A stretch of DNA of 64,000 nt. Source: Chiloscyllium plagiosum (taxonomy: Eukaryota). Under the pieces are notes generated by a model, which saw nothing but the letters and a program-made list of their open reading frames with translations, searched no databases and was not told the origin of the DNA. The position numbers and the translations under genes are program-made. Location: contig NC_057711.1 of NCBI RefSeq assembly GCF_004010195.1, forward strand, positions 72,633,226 through 72,697,225, read 5' to 3'. Each line of letters opens with the position of its first letter. Within the stretch, counting starts at the first letter, position 1. Below, one piece after another: positions 1 to 13,352 of the stretch.

Positions 1-217
1 CACCTATTGTACTCTATGCTACTCTCTCCCCACCCCCACCCTCCCCTAGCTTATCTCTCCACGCTTCAGGCTCTCTGCCTTTATTCCTGATGAAGGGCTT
101 TTGCCTGAAACGTCGATTTTGCTGAAGCTCCTCGATGCTGCCTGAACTGCTGTGCTCTTCCAGCACCATTGATCCAGAATCTGGTTAAATCCAGCATCTG
201 CAGTCATTGTTTTGACC
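1..217 (+). mobile_element. Penelope-like element 3' terminal repeat (pLTR) fragment with hammerhead-like core at 87-114
   Basis: CTGATGA-A-GGGC-TTTT-GCCT-GAAACGTC followed by the gatgctgcctga...ccagcatctgcagtc tail shared with many copies in the window. Confidence 0.7.
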
Positions 218-1941
218 AACATTTTATACAGTTCCAGCATAACCTCCCTGCTCTTGAACTCAATGTTTTAGCTAATAAATGCAAGTATCTGATATGCCTT
301 CTTGTCCACCTGTTCTGATACCATGAGGGGTCATGTACATTCACACCAAGGTCATTCTGATCCTTGGTGCTTCCCAGGGTCCTGTTAATTAGGTATTCGC
401 TTGTTGTACAGCTCATTGCTAAGTCACCTGCATCATGTGCCAGCAACTTACTCGGCAAATGGTGTACGTGGGCAGCAAGAAATGCTCAAGTCTCAAAGTC
501 TATGATAAGTAGTTGTCACTTTAAGGTTAGAATCCCACCACAGCAAATCAAGGCCAACTTTTGATGTCAGTCAGGGGCTTGGGCACAGTCAGGCATCTGG
601 TCATGATGGTCACAGCCAGGGGAGGGTGTTCACACCTCTTCAGGATACAGCTTATACTCAGTCCAGTGGATCCAGTGCAGCCAACCCAAGATTTGGGAAA
701 CTCTACAGACCAGAAGTCTGGTCACCAATTGTTCAGGGATGTCCAACTAAATTCCTCATGGGATTGGGCCATGCTGAGCCCACGAGTCCATCCACAAAAT
801 GTCGAGGGGGGTATTATCAGGGGGTTAATGCCATGGGAGGGAGGCTGGGGAACTTAACTGTGAGGATTGGAGTCAGATCAGATTACATTATTTAAGATAG
901 GGGGACGCAACTTAATACATAAGGAGGGGAGATGACATAGTATGGGGGGAAAAGGTTATGTGGGAGAGGAGGATGTCAATGGTGTGCAGCACCCTGGCTT
1001 CCAAGGAGGTGCAATGCACTACCACATCTGACATTTTACCTCATATTCATGGGACTGGGGGGATGGTATGGACGGATGGGGAAGCACAAATTGAGCAAAT
1101 GTTGACTCTGGGAGATAGATTGGGTGGGGACTTTGATAAGTGTGATACTATGGGCTTGTCAAGGAGGGCCACCAGGAAGGGAATGTTTATATTTGGGCAT
1201 TCACCAACTCAGACAGCCAGAATTGGAACTCCCAGTCCAAGGTGTGGCCTCTGTTGCCTCCATCGTGCTGTCAATCAAAGGTGCAGAGCGGAAGTGAAAA
1301 TGGCTGTGACTGCACCCAGAGCTGGTGGGGTTATTATATCCCTGTGAGGGATGTGTCTGCAAATTTAAACAATGTGAGGTCCTTCAAAGGCAACATCATT
1401 AGACGCACACCCACATACTGATGGAAAGGACATATGTGACAACTGCATACCTTGGGACCCTGAGATTTTAACCTACTGTGCACTGACCAACTCCTTGGCA
1501 TAAACACGCCTGATCATTTCATGCAAGATGAAGGTTAAATCCTGCTAATCATGTGATGCAATACAATGTCAATGCATCTGGGAAGATGGTATTTACCCAT
1601 TGCCTGTACATGGGTGGTGTCAGTACCTGCAGTGTTGCATTTGGGGTTAGACAGTGACTCATACACACACTGATAATGCTGAGATCAGCACACATATATT
1701 GTATTATCTTATATACAGTGACCTTGCATGTGTGCCACCAATTTACTTTCAGAGGTTCTTCTCTTTTCTTTCCCTATTATAAATATCACAGAGCAGACCT
1801 GGGGGTCTGCAGTCAGGGAGGGAGTTCGCCCTACAGTGCAGCCTGTTTGTCCTTGTTGTTTGGTCACCAGGTCCCAGGGTATTTTTGTTGAGGGTACCCG
1901 TGTATGCTGAATAACCAGAAAAAAGTGCAGCCACTTTGACT

Positions 1942-3298
1942 TAGAGTCATACAGATGTACAGCATGGACCCATCGGGTCCAACTCATCCACACCGACCAG
2001 ATATCCTAATTAATCTAGTCCCATTTGCCAGCATTTGGACCATATCCCTCTAAACTCCTTCTATTCATGTATCTGCTGCATGCCTTTTAAACATTGTAAT
2101 TGTACCAGCCTCCACCACTTCCTCTGGCAGCTCATTGCACATCACCTTCTGTGTGAAAAAGTTGCCCTTTAAGTTCCTTTTAATCTTTCTCCTCTTGCCT
2201 TAAACCTATGCCCTTCAGTTTTGGACTCCCCTCCCCAGGGCAAAGACCTTGACTATTTACCCTATCCATGCTCCTCATGATTTTATAAACTTTTATAAGG
2301 TCACCCCCCAGCCTTCTACACTCCAGGTAAAATGGGTCCAGCATATTCAGCTTCTCCTTATAGCTCAAACCCTCCAACCCTGGTAACATCCTTGTAAATC
2401 TTTTCTGAATCCTTTCAAGTTTCACAACATTCTTCCTATAAAAGGGTGACCAGAATTGAACACAGCATTCCAAAAGTGGCTTAACTAATTTCCTGTACAG
2501 CCACATCATGACCTCCGAACTCCTATACACAATGCACTGACCAATAAAGGCAAAAATACTAAACGCCCTCTTCACTATCCTATCTACCTACTTTCAAGGA
2601 ACTATGAACCTGCACTCCAAGGCCTCTTTTTTTCAGCAACATACCACATGACATTACCATTAAGTGTATAAGTCCTTCTCTGATTTGCCTTTCCAAAATA
2701 CAGCACCTCGGATTTATCTAAATTAAATTCCATCTGCCACTCTTCAGACTATTGGCCCATCTGATCAAGGTCTCATTGTACTCTGAGATAACCTTCTTCA
2801 CTGTCCACGACACCACTAATTTGCAAACTTACTAACCATACCTCGTATGTTCAGATCCAAACCATTTACATAAATGACAAAAATCAGTGGTCCCAGCATG
2901 GATCTGTGGTACACCATCGGTCACAGGCCTCCAGTCCAAAAAGCAAACCTCATCACCACATTCTGTCTCCTACCTTTGATCCAGTTCTGTATCCAGATGG
3001 CTAGTTCTCCCTGTATTGCATGTGCTCTAACTTTGTTAACCAGCCTACCATGACGAACCTTATTGGAAGCCGTACTGAAGTCCATATAGATCACATTCAC
3101 TGCTCTGCCTTCATCAATTCTCTTTGTCACTTCTTCAAAGATCTCAATCAGATTAGTGAGCGATGTCCCTCACATAGAGCAAAATTGACAATTGCTGATC
3201 AATCCTTGCCTTTCATACTACCGGTAAATCCTATCCCTCAGAATCACCTCTGACACCTTGCCCCCAGTGATGTCAGTCTCACTGGTCTATAATTCCCT
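1942..3298 (-). mobile_element. CR1-clade (HER1-like) LINE, 5'-truncated, RT 3' half plus tail
   Basis: ORFs 2921..3130 (IDEGRAVNVIYMDFS) and 2180..2575 (LVKPLLECCVQFWSP...LERIQKRFTRMLPGL); ctctatga-type tail at 1942. Confidence 0.9.
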
Positions 3299-4639
3299 GA
3301 ACCCCAACAAGGAAAAGTTGAGGCCACCTCTGGAATGTCTTGAGAGAAGATCTATCGGGCTCCTCTGTGTGATTCTCTCTCCTAATACGTATCTACTGGT
3401 CCCTCTCCTGGTAAGGAAGGGACAGCTGGAGTAAAGTCAAGATGCCTTGAACCTCTGTTGACTTACTATTGGTGGTGGGGACCAATTGCTAAAGCCATGG
3501 AGTGCAGGTCAATTTGCATATCCAGCAAATACTGAGAGTGCTGGACTTGACTTCCCAAGGCAGCCTCGAACATATCCATGGAGACAGCCAGACATTCTCA
3601 TGCCTGTGGCAACATATTGCTGGAGTCCTGCAGCTTAAGCAGCCACTTACTCATTGTTCTCTACAAACCTCCTGCTCCTGTGTCTGCTAGCTGTATGAAG
3701 GTTGTAATTACTGACATTCTGGGGTCCTCTCCTGCCTGGGACCGAAGATTACCTGGTCTCCAAAAGTCCTCAGAGAGCCAGTGACCTGGGCAGTTTCTTC
3801 TTCCACCTCTGTAGAGATGTGGCAATGATATGCTCCCCATGCACAGTGTCAGTATCTGAGCTGGACGGCATGAAGGAAGTAGCCTTATCAATGCATTCTT
3901 TGAGATAAATATGGGCTCTCTTCCTCATGGCACATGTGGAGATATCTTGCATCGCCTCCCCCTTCATTGCAGCCACAGTGGATATGCCTGTTGTACCTGC
4001 AAGATGCAAAAGAAACGGGGTATAAGTTGTGGCAGGTTAAGAAGACATTCCGAGTACACCACAATATATATACATTAAGAATACACAATGCAGGTAAAGG
4101 GATTCAAGCTGATAGTGCCAAGTGGCCAAACCTTTGACAGAGCGCAGCTTAATAAGTATCTAAAAAAGAAGGAAAACATCTAAAGAGATTGATATGAATT
4201 AGGTAGTTGTAAATGACCCCTGCTCCATCGCTTAGCATAGAATCTCTAGCGCTGTGGCAAAGCTTCCTAAATTAAGCACTGAACTGCAGAGTGATTTAAC
4301 ACAATGAATTTCAACAGCAGCTAAAATTCCATTTGTTGTCATCAACAACTAAATATTGGGAACACAGATACTATTGTTTTCAATTGCTGCTTCAAACAAT
4401 GACCCCTAGCTATGTTCCCTAGTTACTGATTCCACTTTGTCCCTGGCAACAATCTAAAGTTGTGGTAGAAGAGTCATATCTGGCTCAAAATGTTAATTCT
4501 GTTTCTCTCTTTCCAGAGATGCTGCCAAACCTGCTGACTTTCTCCAGCATGGTCTGCATTTCATTCAGATTTTCAGCATACACAGGATTGTGCTTTCATA
4601 AGATTAAACAATTCTGTTTGCAATCATAGAGTCATGTTT

Positions 4640-5165
4640 GACCCCAAGATGAAACTCCGACCTCATATGCATGCCATCACTAAGACCTTTTATTACCACC
4701 TCCGTAACATGGCCTGGCTTCAGCCTTGTCTCAGTACATATGATGCTGAAATTCTCATTCATAAATGCTTCTCTAAGGCTTGACTCATGCATTCCCATAT
4801 GTAATTCTGTATAATCTTGATCTATGCCATAATTCTGTTGCCTGAGTTAAAATTTACATCAAGTCCTATCTCCACTATCACCCCTGTGCTCGCTGAACTA
4901 CAATCATGCCGGCAAGCAAAGTCTTGATGTTAACATTCCCTTCCTTATTTCCACAATGCTCAATTGTCACACCCTTCCCTCTCTCTTCCATATTCTCCAG
5001 CTTCCAACCTTCCATGATATCTATGTTTCTGATGTCTTGGATATCCCCAAATTTAATCATCGTCACTTTTAGTTTCTGAGCTCTGGAATATCTTCCCTAT
5101 ACCTCTCTATATCACTTTCCTCCTTTAAGATGGATAACCTGGCTCAAGTTTATGATTATCTAACT
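4640..5165 (+). mobile_element. Degenerate L2-like LINE 3' fragment
   Basis: Decayed L2-type 3' sequence (ctcattcat...cttgact, tcacccctgtgctcgctga); partly repeated at 6486-6512 and 7228-7355. Confidence 0.5.
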
Positions 5166-5167
5166 AA

Positions 5168-5937
5168 CAGGGGCTATTTTCTCTGGAGCGTTGGAGGCTG
5201 AGGGGTGACGTTATAGAGGTTTATTAAATCATGAAGGACACAGATAGGATTTGTTTTTACTCATTCATGGGATGAGGACATCACCGGCTAGGCCAGCATT
5301 TATTGTCCATCCCTAATTGCCCAGAAGGTAGTTAAGAGTCAACCACATCGCTATGGGTCTGGAGTCACATGTTAGTCAGACCAGGTAAGGATGGCAGTTT
5401 CCTTCCCTGAAGGACATGAGTGAATCAGGTGGGGTTTTCCCAACAATAGATTCATGGTCATCATTAGACTCTTAATTCCAGACATTTGTTGAATTCAAGT
5501 TCCACCATCTGCCGTGGCGGGATTCGAACCTGATCCCCAGGACATAACCTGGGTCTCTGGGTTGACAGTCCAGCGATAACACCACTAGACCATCGCTTCC
5601 CCCAGGGTGAATAGGTAAGGCCTTTTCCTGGGGTTGTGGGAATCCAAAACTTGAAGGCATAGGTTTAAGGTGAAAGGGAAAAGATACAAAAGGGACCTAA
5701 AGGGCAACTTTTTCAAGCAGAGGATGGTGTTTATATGGAATGAGTTGCCAGATGAAGTGGTGGAGCTGGTACAATTATAACATTTAAAAGGCATCTGGAG
5801 GGATATATAAAAAAGAAGAGTTTAGAGGGATATGGACTAAATGCTGGAAAATGAGACGAGATTTATGGAGGATCAAGTCAGCAAGGAAGAGTTGGACCAA
5901 ATGATCTGTTTCTGTGTTGTATATCTCTATGACTATG
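5168..5937 (+). mobile_element. CR1 LINE 3' end interrupted by a SINE
   Basis: ggaggctgaggggtgac...ggcataggtttaaggtg...ctctatgactatgac, colinear with other CR1 3' ends; split at about 5250/5605. Confidence 0.85.
5255..5602 (-). mobile_element. tRNA-headed SINE sharing head and tail with the second LINE family
   Basis: Minus strand begins gggaagcgatggtctagtgg (A-box-like) and has ggttcgaatccc (B box); the tail matches 52586-52650. Confidence 0.75.
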
Positions 5938-6512
5938 ACGCTATTTGGATGTTGTCATATTTTATATATAAATGTTTCTGCGAAGCATCTTGGGGCCCTT
6001 CAGTCATAGAAATAGAAGTTGTTATTTTGACCTATATTTTGAGTGAAATGTACAATTTCATTGTTGTCTTCTAGCATTTAGAATGACTAGGGCAGCTCAT
6101 ATATTGAAGCACCACCAAGATCCCTTCCAAGCCACTCACAATCCTAACTTAGAAATATATCGCTGTTTATTCAATGTCACTGGATCAAAATCCTGATTTC
6201 CCACCAGAATATCACAACACCAAATGGACCACAGTATCTAACATTGCAACTCACCAACAACTTCTCTGCCATATAGAGTTCTTCGATGTAAAATATTGTT
6301 AAAATTACTAAGCAACAGGCTTTTGTTGATGAGGTAGTGGTTTAGTGCTTCTGTCACTGGATGAGTGATCTAGAAACCCAGACTACTGCTTTAGTGACAT
6401 GGGTTCAAATTCCCAGAAATGGCAGAGGTTGAAATTTGAATTCAATTCATAAATTTTGAATTAAAAGTGAGTCTAGTGGTGAAATTCACCCCTGTGCTCG
6501 CTGATCTACTAT

Positions 6513-7227
6513 TCCTAGACGTGAGGGTACAGAGAACACCAAACGGAGAATTCACCACTAAGGTATACAGGAAAGCCACACACACAGACCAAGTCCTGAA
6601 CTATGAAAGCAACCACCCCAATACACACAAACGAAGTTGCATCAAGACACTATTCAAAAGGGCCACAACACACTGCAGCACACCAGAACTGCAAAAAGAG
6701 GAAGAGGAACACCTATACAAGGTATTCGCAAAAAACGGATACCCTCGCAATTTCATCAACAGATGCCGAAGGTTCCTCATTCCTTCATAATTTGAGTAAC
6801 TTTGTTTTGGTCATAAATGTGTTGTTGCTGTGGTTCTGTTCGCCGAGCTGGATGTTTTTGTTGCAAACGTTTCGTCCCCTGTCTAGGTGACATTCTCAGT
6901 GCTTGGGAGCCTCCTGTGAAGGGCTTCTGTGGTGTTTCCTCCGGCATTTATAGAGTGCCATCCACAATCTCCATCAACAAACACATCGACCTGGACCCAA
7001 TATACCGGCCACTACAGCGGACAGCTGAAACTGACAACCGGAAGCGGCAGGGACAGGCCACTATAAATGTCGGAGGAAACACCACAGAAGCACTTCACAG
7101 GAGGCTCCCAAGCACTGAGGATGTCACCTAGACAGGGGACGAAACGTTTGCAACAAAAACCTCCAGCCCGGCGAACAGAACCACAGCAACGAGCACCCGA
7201 GCTACAAATCTTCTCACAAACTTTGAA
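6513..7227 (+). mobile_element. Penelope-like element fragment: RT thumb plus inverted and direct pLTRs
   Basis: ORF 6467..6790 FLDV...VYRKATHTDQVLNYESNHP...NGYP is a PLE RT C-terminus; 6817-6955 is the reverse complement of about 7063-7190; gatctactat flanks both ends (6503-6512, 7228-7237). Confidence 0.88.
7112..7151 (+). ncRNA. Minimal type-I hammerhead ribozyme motif in a PLE pLTR
   Basis: gca-CTGAGGA-T-GTC...GAC-GAAA-CGTT-tgc: core, stem II and a 3-bp stem I (gca/tgc) are present; the inverted copy at 6863-6902 has CTGAGAA. Confidence 0.7.
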
Positions 7228-7999
7228 GATCTACTATCATGCTGTCAAGCAAAGTCTTGATGGTAACACTCTTTTCCTTACTTCCAAAATGCTCACTTGT
7301 CATACTCTTCCCTCTCTCTTCCATCTTCTCCAGCTTAGACCGTCTATGGTATCTCTGGAATTTTGTAAACTTTCATTGGGTTCACTAATAACTTGTATGA
7401 AAAGAACGTCAGTCACCCACCAAAAATCTGATAAAAGAAATGAAATTGGATGGAATACTTTGTATAAACCAGTATATTGGAAATGACAATGAAACACATA
7501 ACTATGTTGATACTGCAAAGACCTCCTTACAAACACTTAGGGGTTTGTGCCAACATTTGGAGAGCTATCAAGTTAAGCACCAGCCTGACATATTCATTCT
7601 CACAGAATCAGAGGTTACAATGCTTCTGACATCACTATCCCTGGATCTATCTGGTCACTGGGTGGAATAGTGGAGTGGGAGTTTCTAAGGGAGTGCTCAA
7701 TATTGATTCTGAACCCTTGGTCTCTCATGACATCAGGTCAAATATGGACAAGGAAACTTTCTTCTGACTCCCACCTCGCAACTCCCGCCCCTTCATGTGA
7801 TGAGCAGTACCCCTTCGTGTTGGGCACCACACTGAGGAGGCATTGAGGGAATTGTCCACCATCTTAAGTTTATCACTGACTAGAAACCAAACTGGACCAG
7901 CCATAAAAATATTGTGGTTACAAAAACAGATCAGAGGCTAGGAATCCATCAGCAAGTGACTCACTTCCTAGCATCCCAAAGCCTGCCATGTATCTACAA

Positions 8000-8280
8000 G
8001 AGAAAGTGAGGGCTGCAGATGCTGGAGATCAGAGCTGAAAATGTGTTGCTGGAAAAGCGCAGCAGGTCAGGCAGCATCCAAGGAGCTAGGAATCCATCAG
8101 CAAGTGACTCACTTCCTAGCATCGCAAAACCTACCATGTATCTACAAGAGAAATTGAGGGCTGCAGATGCTGGAGATCAGAGCTGAAAATGTGTTGCTGA
8201 AAATGTGAGAAGGGCTTATGCCCGAAACATCGATTCTCCTGTTCCTTGGATGCTGCCTGACCTGCTGCGCTTTTCCAGCA
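8000..8280. mobile_element. PLE pLTR fold-back insertion with a local ~115-bp duplication
   Basis: gagaaagtgagggctgcagatgctggag unit occurs twice; 7937-8051 is repeated at 8085-8199; catgtatctacaag recurs at 7987 and 8279. Confidence 0.75.
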
Positions 8281-10667
8281 TGTATCTACAAGGCAATGTT
8301 CACATGTGTAATGGAATATGGCCCACTTGCCTGGATGAGTGCAGTTCCAATATTCAAGAACCGTGACACCATTCAGGACAGAGTCGAAGAATGTGGTGCT
8401 GGAAAAGCACAGCCAGTCAGGCAGCATCTGAGGAAAGGAGAATTGATGTTTTAAAAATAGGCCCTTCATCAGGAATGAGGCTTTTGGCCCAAGGGGGCTG
8501 AGAGATAAATGGGAGGGGATTGGGTCTGGGGGTATGTAGCTGAGAATGCAACAGGTGGATTAAGGTTGGGGTGAAAATTCAGGACAGAACAATCATAAGA
8601 GTTTGCTTAACTGACGTCACAACTTCTAACATTCACTCTCCACTCTCAGTCGCAGCTGTATGTACCAAAATGCATTGCAGATTTTCACCAAGTACCTTTT
8701 AAACCCGTGATTATGGTCATTTAGAATGACAAGGGCAGCTCAGACATTGAAACGCCACCAAGCTCCTTTCCAAGCCACTCACAATCTTGACTTGGAAATA
8801 TATCACTGTTTCTTCAATGTCACTGGGTCAACATCCTGGAATTCCCACCCTAATATCACATCACCATTAGACTGTAATAATTCAAGATTGTAACTCACCA
8901 GCAGCTTCTTAAGTGCAACCAAGGATGTGCATTAAATGCTGGTCCATCCAGTGAGATCTACTTCTTCTGAATAACTTTTTTTCAAAGAAAGCAAGGGTGC
9001 AGTATGTGCTCAATTTTGGTCACCAATACTGCTTTTGTAGCACCAATATTGAATGGTTTGGCCAAGTTCAAGATGATTTAGACCTGTGACAGGTGGTGAG
9101 GAAAGCAACAGTACAGAAAAACCTACTTGACCTATTCCTCACCAATCTAACTCTAGCAGATACTTCTGTCCCTGATGTTATCGGCAGGACTGACCACTAC
9201 ACAGTCCTTGTAGAGATGAAGTCCATCTTCACAATGATGATATCCTCCATTGTATTATATAGCACGACCATTATGCTGAAAGGGAAAGATTTCAAACAAA
9301 CTGAGCATCCAAGAGACACTGTCAACCACTGAATTGTATTCAACCACAATCTGCCATCCTATGCCTCTATCTTCTCTATTGTTCCATTGCCATTAAGCCA
9401 GGAGATCAACCCTAATTTAAAGAAGAGTGCAGGGTTGTATGGCAAAAGTAACATGCGCCACACATATTGATTTTGTGACAATGTGGTGAACTTACAACAA
9501 AGAAATATTTGCGTGCCACTCAACATGCGCAGGATGCAATGGACGAAACCTAACAATCCAATAACAGCTGATCAGATTTAACCTCTGCTGCCCTGCATTG
9601 CAATCCAGCATAATACAAGGCCAAAGCACATGCAACTATTTTCAACTAAACATGAAGAGTGCTAAATGATCTATCCAGAATAATCTGCTCCTGAAGTCCT
9701 CAGCAATGACAGATATGAGCTTTTAACCAATCCAATTCAGTCCACTGAAGGACAAACGTAACCCAACCAATACTGCCCCATTGGACTCCTCTTGATCATC
9801 GGTAAAGTGATGAAGGACTCCTCAATGGTGCTATCAAGCTGCAATTGTTTAACAATAGCCTGCTAACTAATGGTCAGTTGAATTCCACTCAGCTCCTGAC
9901 CTCATTACAGCCTTGGTCCAAACATGGAAAAAACAGATAAACTCAAGAAGGGAAGAAGGTATTTGACAACAAATGACTAAGTGTGATGACAATTAGCCTA
10001 CCAAAGCTGGAGTCAGTGGCAACTCGGAGAAAATTCTTCACTAGTTAAGATCATACACATAGGAAGGTGATTGATGATGTCAGAGGTCAATCATCTGAGC
10101 CACAGGACATCTCTGCAGGGGTTTCTCAGGGTAGTGTCCTCAGCTGTTTCATCAGTGGCCTCTCACCCATCAAAATATCTGGAGTGAGATATCCATTGAT
10201 GAATGAACAATATTCAGCACCATTCTCAACTCATACATACAGAAGTAATCCATGCCCAAATGCAGCAAGACCTTGACAACATTCAGCTTTGGATAGTAAG
10301 CGATGAGTAATATTGACAGGTAATGACTATCTCCAGCAAACACCTAACCAATACCTCTTGACATTTAATGGCATTGCTATTACTGAAACATCCATTAATT
10401 AACAACACTCTGAAGTTACTGCCGATCAGAGACTGAACTGGACCAGATCTATATATACCATGACTACAGAAGCAAGTCACAGGCTAGGAATTCGGCAACA
10501 GGTAACTCTCATCCTGACTCCTCAAAGCCACCACCATCTACAAGGTCAGGAGTGTGATCAAATATTTTCCATTTTACCAGGATGAGCGGAGCTACCATAA
10601 TATGCAAGAACATTGCACCAAACAGGACAAAACCACCTGCTTGACTGGCACCCCATCTAACAACTTC

Positions 10668-11072
10668 TAGGAGAAAGTGAGGACTGCAGATGCTGGAGAT
10701 CAGAGCTGAAAATGTGTTGCTAGAAAAGCACAGCAGGTCAGGCAGCATCCAAGGAGCAGGAGAATCGACGTTTCGGGCAAACGCCCTTCTTCAGGGCTCA
10801 TGCCCGAAACGTCGATTCTCCTGCTCCTTGGATGCTGCCTGACTTGCTGTGCTTTTCCAGCAACACATTTTCAGCTCTGATCTCCAGCATCTGCAGTCCT
10901 CACTTTCTCCTTGAAGATTTTAACCTACTGCGAATCCTCTTACAAGGATGCCTTCCTTGAAGAAGCTCTCTTCCTCCCTGATTCCTGAAGAAGGGCTCAT
11001 GCCCGAAATGTCGATTCTCCTGCTCCTTGGATGCCGCCTGACCTGCTGCGCTTTTCCAGCAACACATTTTCG
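10668..11072. mobile_element. PLE pLTR fold-back/partial tandem insertion, 18-bp target duplication
   Basis: accccatctaacaacttc at 10650-10667 and 11073-11090; inverted arms; hammerhead cores at 10767-10794 (-) and 10985-11012 (+). Confidence 0.85.
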
Positions 11073-11189
11073 ACCCCATCTAACAACTTCAACCTTCACT
11101 TCATCACCACATGAGGTGAAGCGTATGCACCATTAATGAGATGCACTTCAATAACTCACTGATGCTTTTTATACAACACTTACCAAACA

Positions 11190-12830
11190 GAGGAAAGCAG
11201 GAGCATTCAACATTGTAAACGTAATCTGTCATTCAATTTGATCATGGCTGATTGTCTCCTCAATACCACTTTCTCAAACTATTTGCTTATCCCATGATGT
11301 GATTAGTCTTCAGAAATCTATTGATTTCTGTCTTGAAAATGCTCAATGATTGAGCTTCCACAGCCATCTGGGGTAAAGAATTCCAAAGATCCACCTCTCT
11401 GAGTAAAGATATTCCCCCATACCTCACTCTTACCACACTTATCTATTATTAAGAGATGTTGTCACCCTTGTTGCAACCTCCAAGCCAGGGATAACATTTT
11501 GTCCACATCACCATCTCATGCCTACAAAATGTTAATACAATTCCAAGGGTTACATCTCATTCCTTGAAACGCTAGACAATAGACTTAGTCTGCTCAGTCT
11601 TTCTTCATAAAACAAATCTGCCACCCCAGAGATTTGTGTACCTTTGCTACACTCCCTCTGTGGTAAATACACCCCATCATAGATGAGAGGACAATAACAG
11701 TGCACAATACTCCGGGTGATGTCACACAACTGCAGGAAAACATTTTTACTTCAATGCTCAAATCTCCTTGCAATGAACGCTAATTTGCCATTTGCCTTCT
11801 TAATTGCTTGCTGCAACTGCATGAGCAAACATTTTCCAATCCCCTTGGGCACCCACACTTTCCATCTTCTCATCATTTAAGAAATAATCTATCTTCTGTT
11901 ATTTCTATCAAAGGGAACATGTAACCTATTCAGGCCCTCTTGGACCTTGCTGTATCCCCTCAGAACTTGCATTCCCACCCAGTTTCATGTCATCCACAAA
12001 AAAGACATTTGCAATTTGTCCCCATATCCACATCATTTACATAGATTATGAACAGCTATTATTTACTAATTATTATCTCCTAGTCTTCTCTGTGGGACCA
12101 AATCAAAAGCTTTCTGAAAATCCAAATACACATCAACTGGTTTGTACTCAATGCTAAAAGTAATATTCTCAGAACAGCAATTTGACCCTGCCTAATTTTA
12201 CTATTCTTCTCTAAGTGTCCAATTATTACATCCAGCTTAATAGATTTAAATTTCTTTCTCAGCACTAAATCAAGCTGACAGATCCATAGGTCTCCATTCT
12301 CCCTCTTCTTCCCTTCTTAAATAGTGACTTATATTTGCTACTTTCTAGTCTGTTGGAATTGTTCTGGAATCTATAAAGTTTAGAATTATGACTACCAATG
12401 CATCTAATTTTTCTATAGCCACCTCCTTCAAAACTCTATAATGAGGCTTATCTTGTCCAGGAGCTTTATAAATCTTTGATCCAGTTAAATTTTCAAGTAC
12501 TTTCCTAATACTAATTTCTTCCAGTTCCCCAATTTTACAAGATCCTTTATCTCTTAGTATTTTCTGTATCATCTTCCAGGCAACAAACATTGTTTACTTT
12601 CTATGCCAGTTCTTTGTTCTCCCATATAAATTATCATATTTCTGTCCCCACCTGTGTTGGCCCCATATTTATCTGAGCTAATCGTCCCCTTTTAAGAAGC
12701 TTCTACAAGTTCCTTGCGAGTTTGCATTCATATTCTCTTTTCCCTTTCTTAATGAGCTTCATGGTCCTTCTTTGCTGAACTCCAAATGCATGCTTGATCT
12801 GGAATCTTTATAAGTCAATTTCTTTGAGCT
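11190..12830 (-). mobile_element. Old degenerate CR1 LINE
   Basis: ORF 12345..12590 (KAPGQDKPHYRVLKEVAIE), ORF 12080..12265 and a decayed 3' tail near 11190. Confidence 0.7.
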
Positions 12831-12920
12831 CTTTACATTTTTGTGCCTTAGAGGAATGCACATTGCCTGATTATTGTTTACTCTTTTCGTGTATCTTTTC
12901 AATCCATCAGAATAAATGCG

Positions 12921-13352
12921 ATAATTTGGAGATTTAGATTTAGATTACAGTGTGGAAACAGGCCCTTCAGCCCAACAAGTCCACACTGACCCGCCGAAGC
13001 GAAACCCACCCATACCCCTACATGTACCCCTTACCTAACACTACAGGCAATTTAGTATGGCCGATTCACCTGACCCTGCACATCTTTGGATGGTGGGAGG
13101 AAACCGGAGCACCCGGAGGAAACCCACGCAGACACGGGGAGAACGTGCAAACTCCACACAGTCAGTCGCCTGAGGCAGGAATTGAACCCGGGTCTCTGAC
13201 GCTGTGAGGCAGCAGTGCTAACCACTGTGCCACCGTGCCGCCCACAGATGCTGCTGTTGGACTGGGGTGTACAAAGTTAACCACCTGATGAAGGAGCAGC
13301 ACTTTGAAATAAACCTGTTGGACTATAACCTGGTGTTGTGTGATTTTAACAT
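12921..13352. mobile_element. Second PLE-type terminal element (inverted arrangement) containing a SINE insertion
   Basis: cacCTGATGAaggagc...GAAA hammerhead remnant near 13286; flanked by aataaatgcg / aataaatgtg. Confidence 0.55.
12930..13243 (-). mobile_element. HE1-like tRNA-derived SINE, full length
   Basis: Head gggcggcacggtggcacagtggttagc, B box ggttcaattcc, V-SINE-type core tgtgtggagtttgcac, aatcta-type tail. Confidence 0.9.

Larger units (their letters stand above)
7570..11190 (+). mobile_element. Fragments of a second, older CR1-like LINE family (APE and RT remnants) with nested PLE termini
   Basis: VKHQPDIFILTES (APE N-terminus, ~7570), LDLFLTN (9120), GVSQGSVL (10120); 3' region repeated at 6075-6270 and 8720-8960. 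Confidence 0.65.

Noticed and set aside
960..1350. Possible Harbinger Myb/SANT-like or transposase remnants (also 3400-4000 and 51400-51800)
   Set aside because: Only vague residue patterns; no intact motif or TIR could be shown by eye
12930..13243. tRNA gene (A and B boxes)
   Set aside because: It is the head of a SINE present in at least eight copies, not a complete cloverleaf gene
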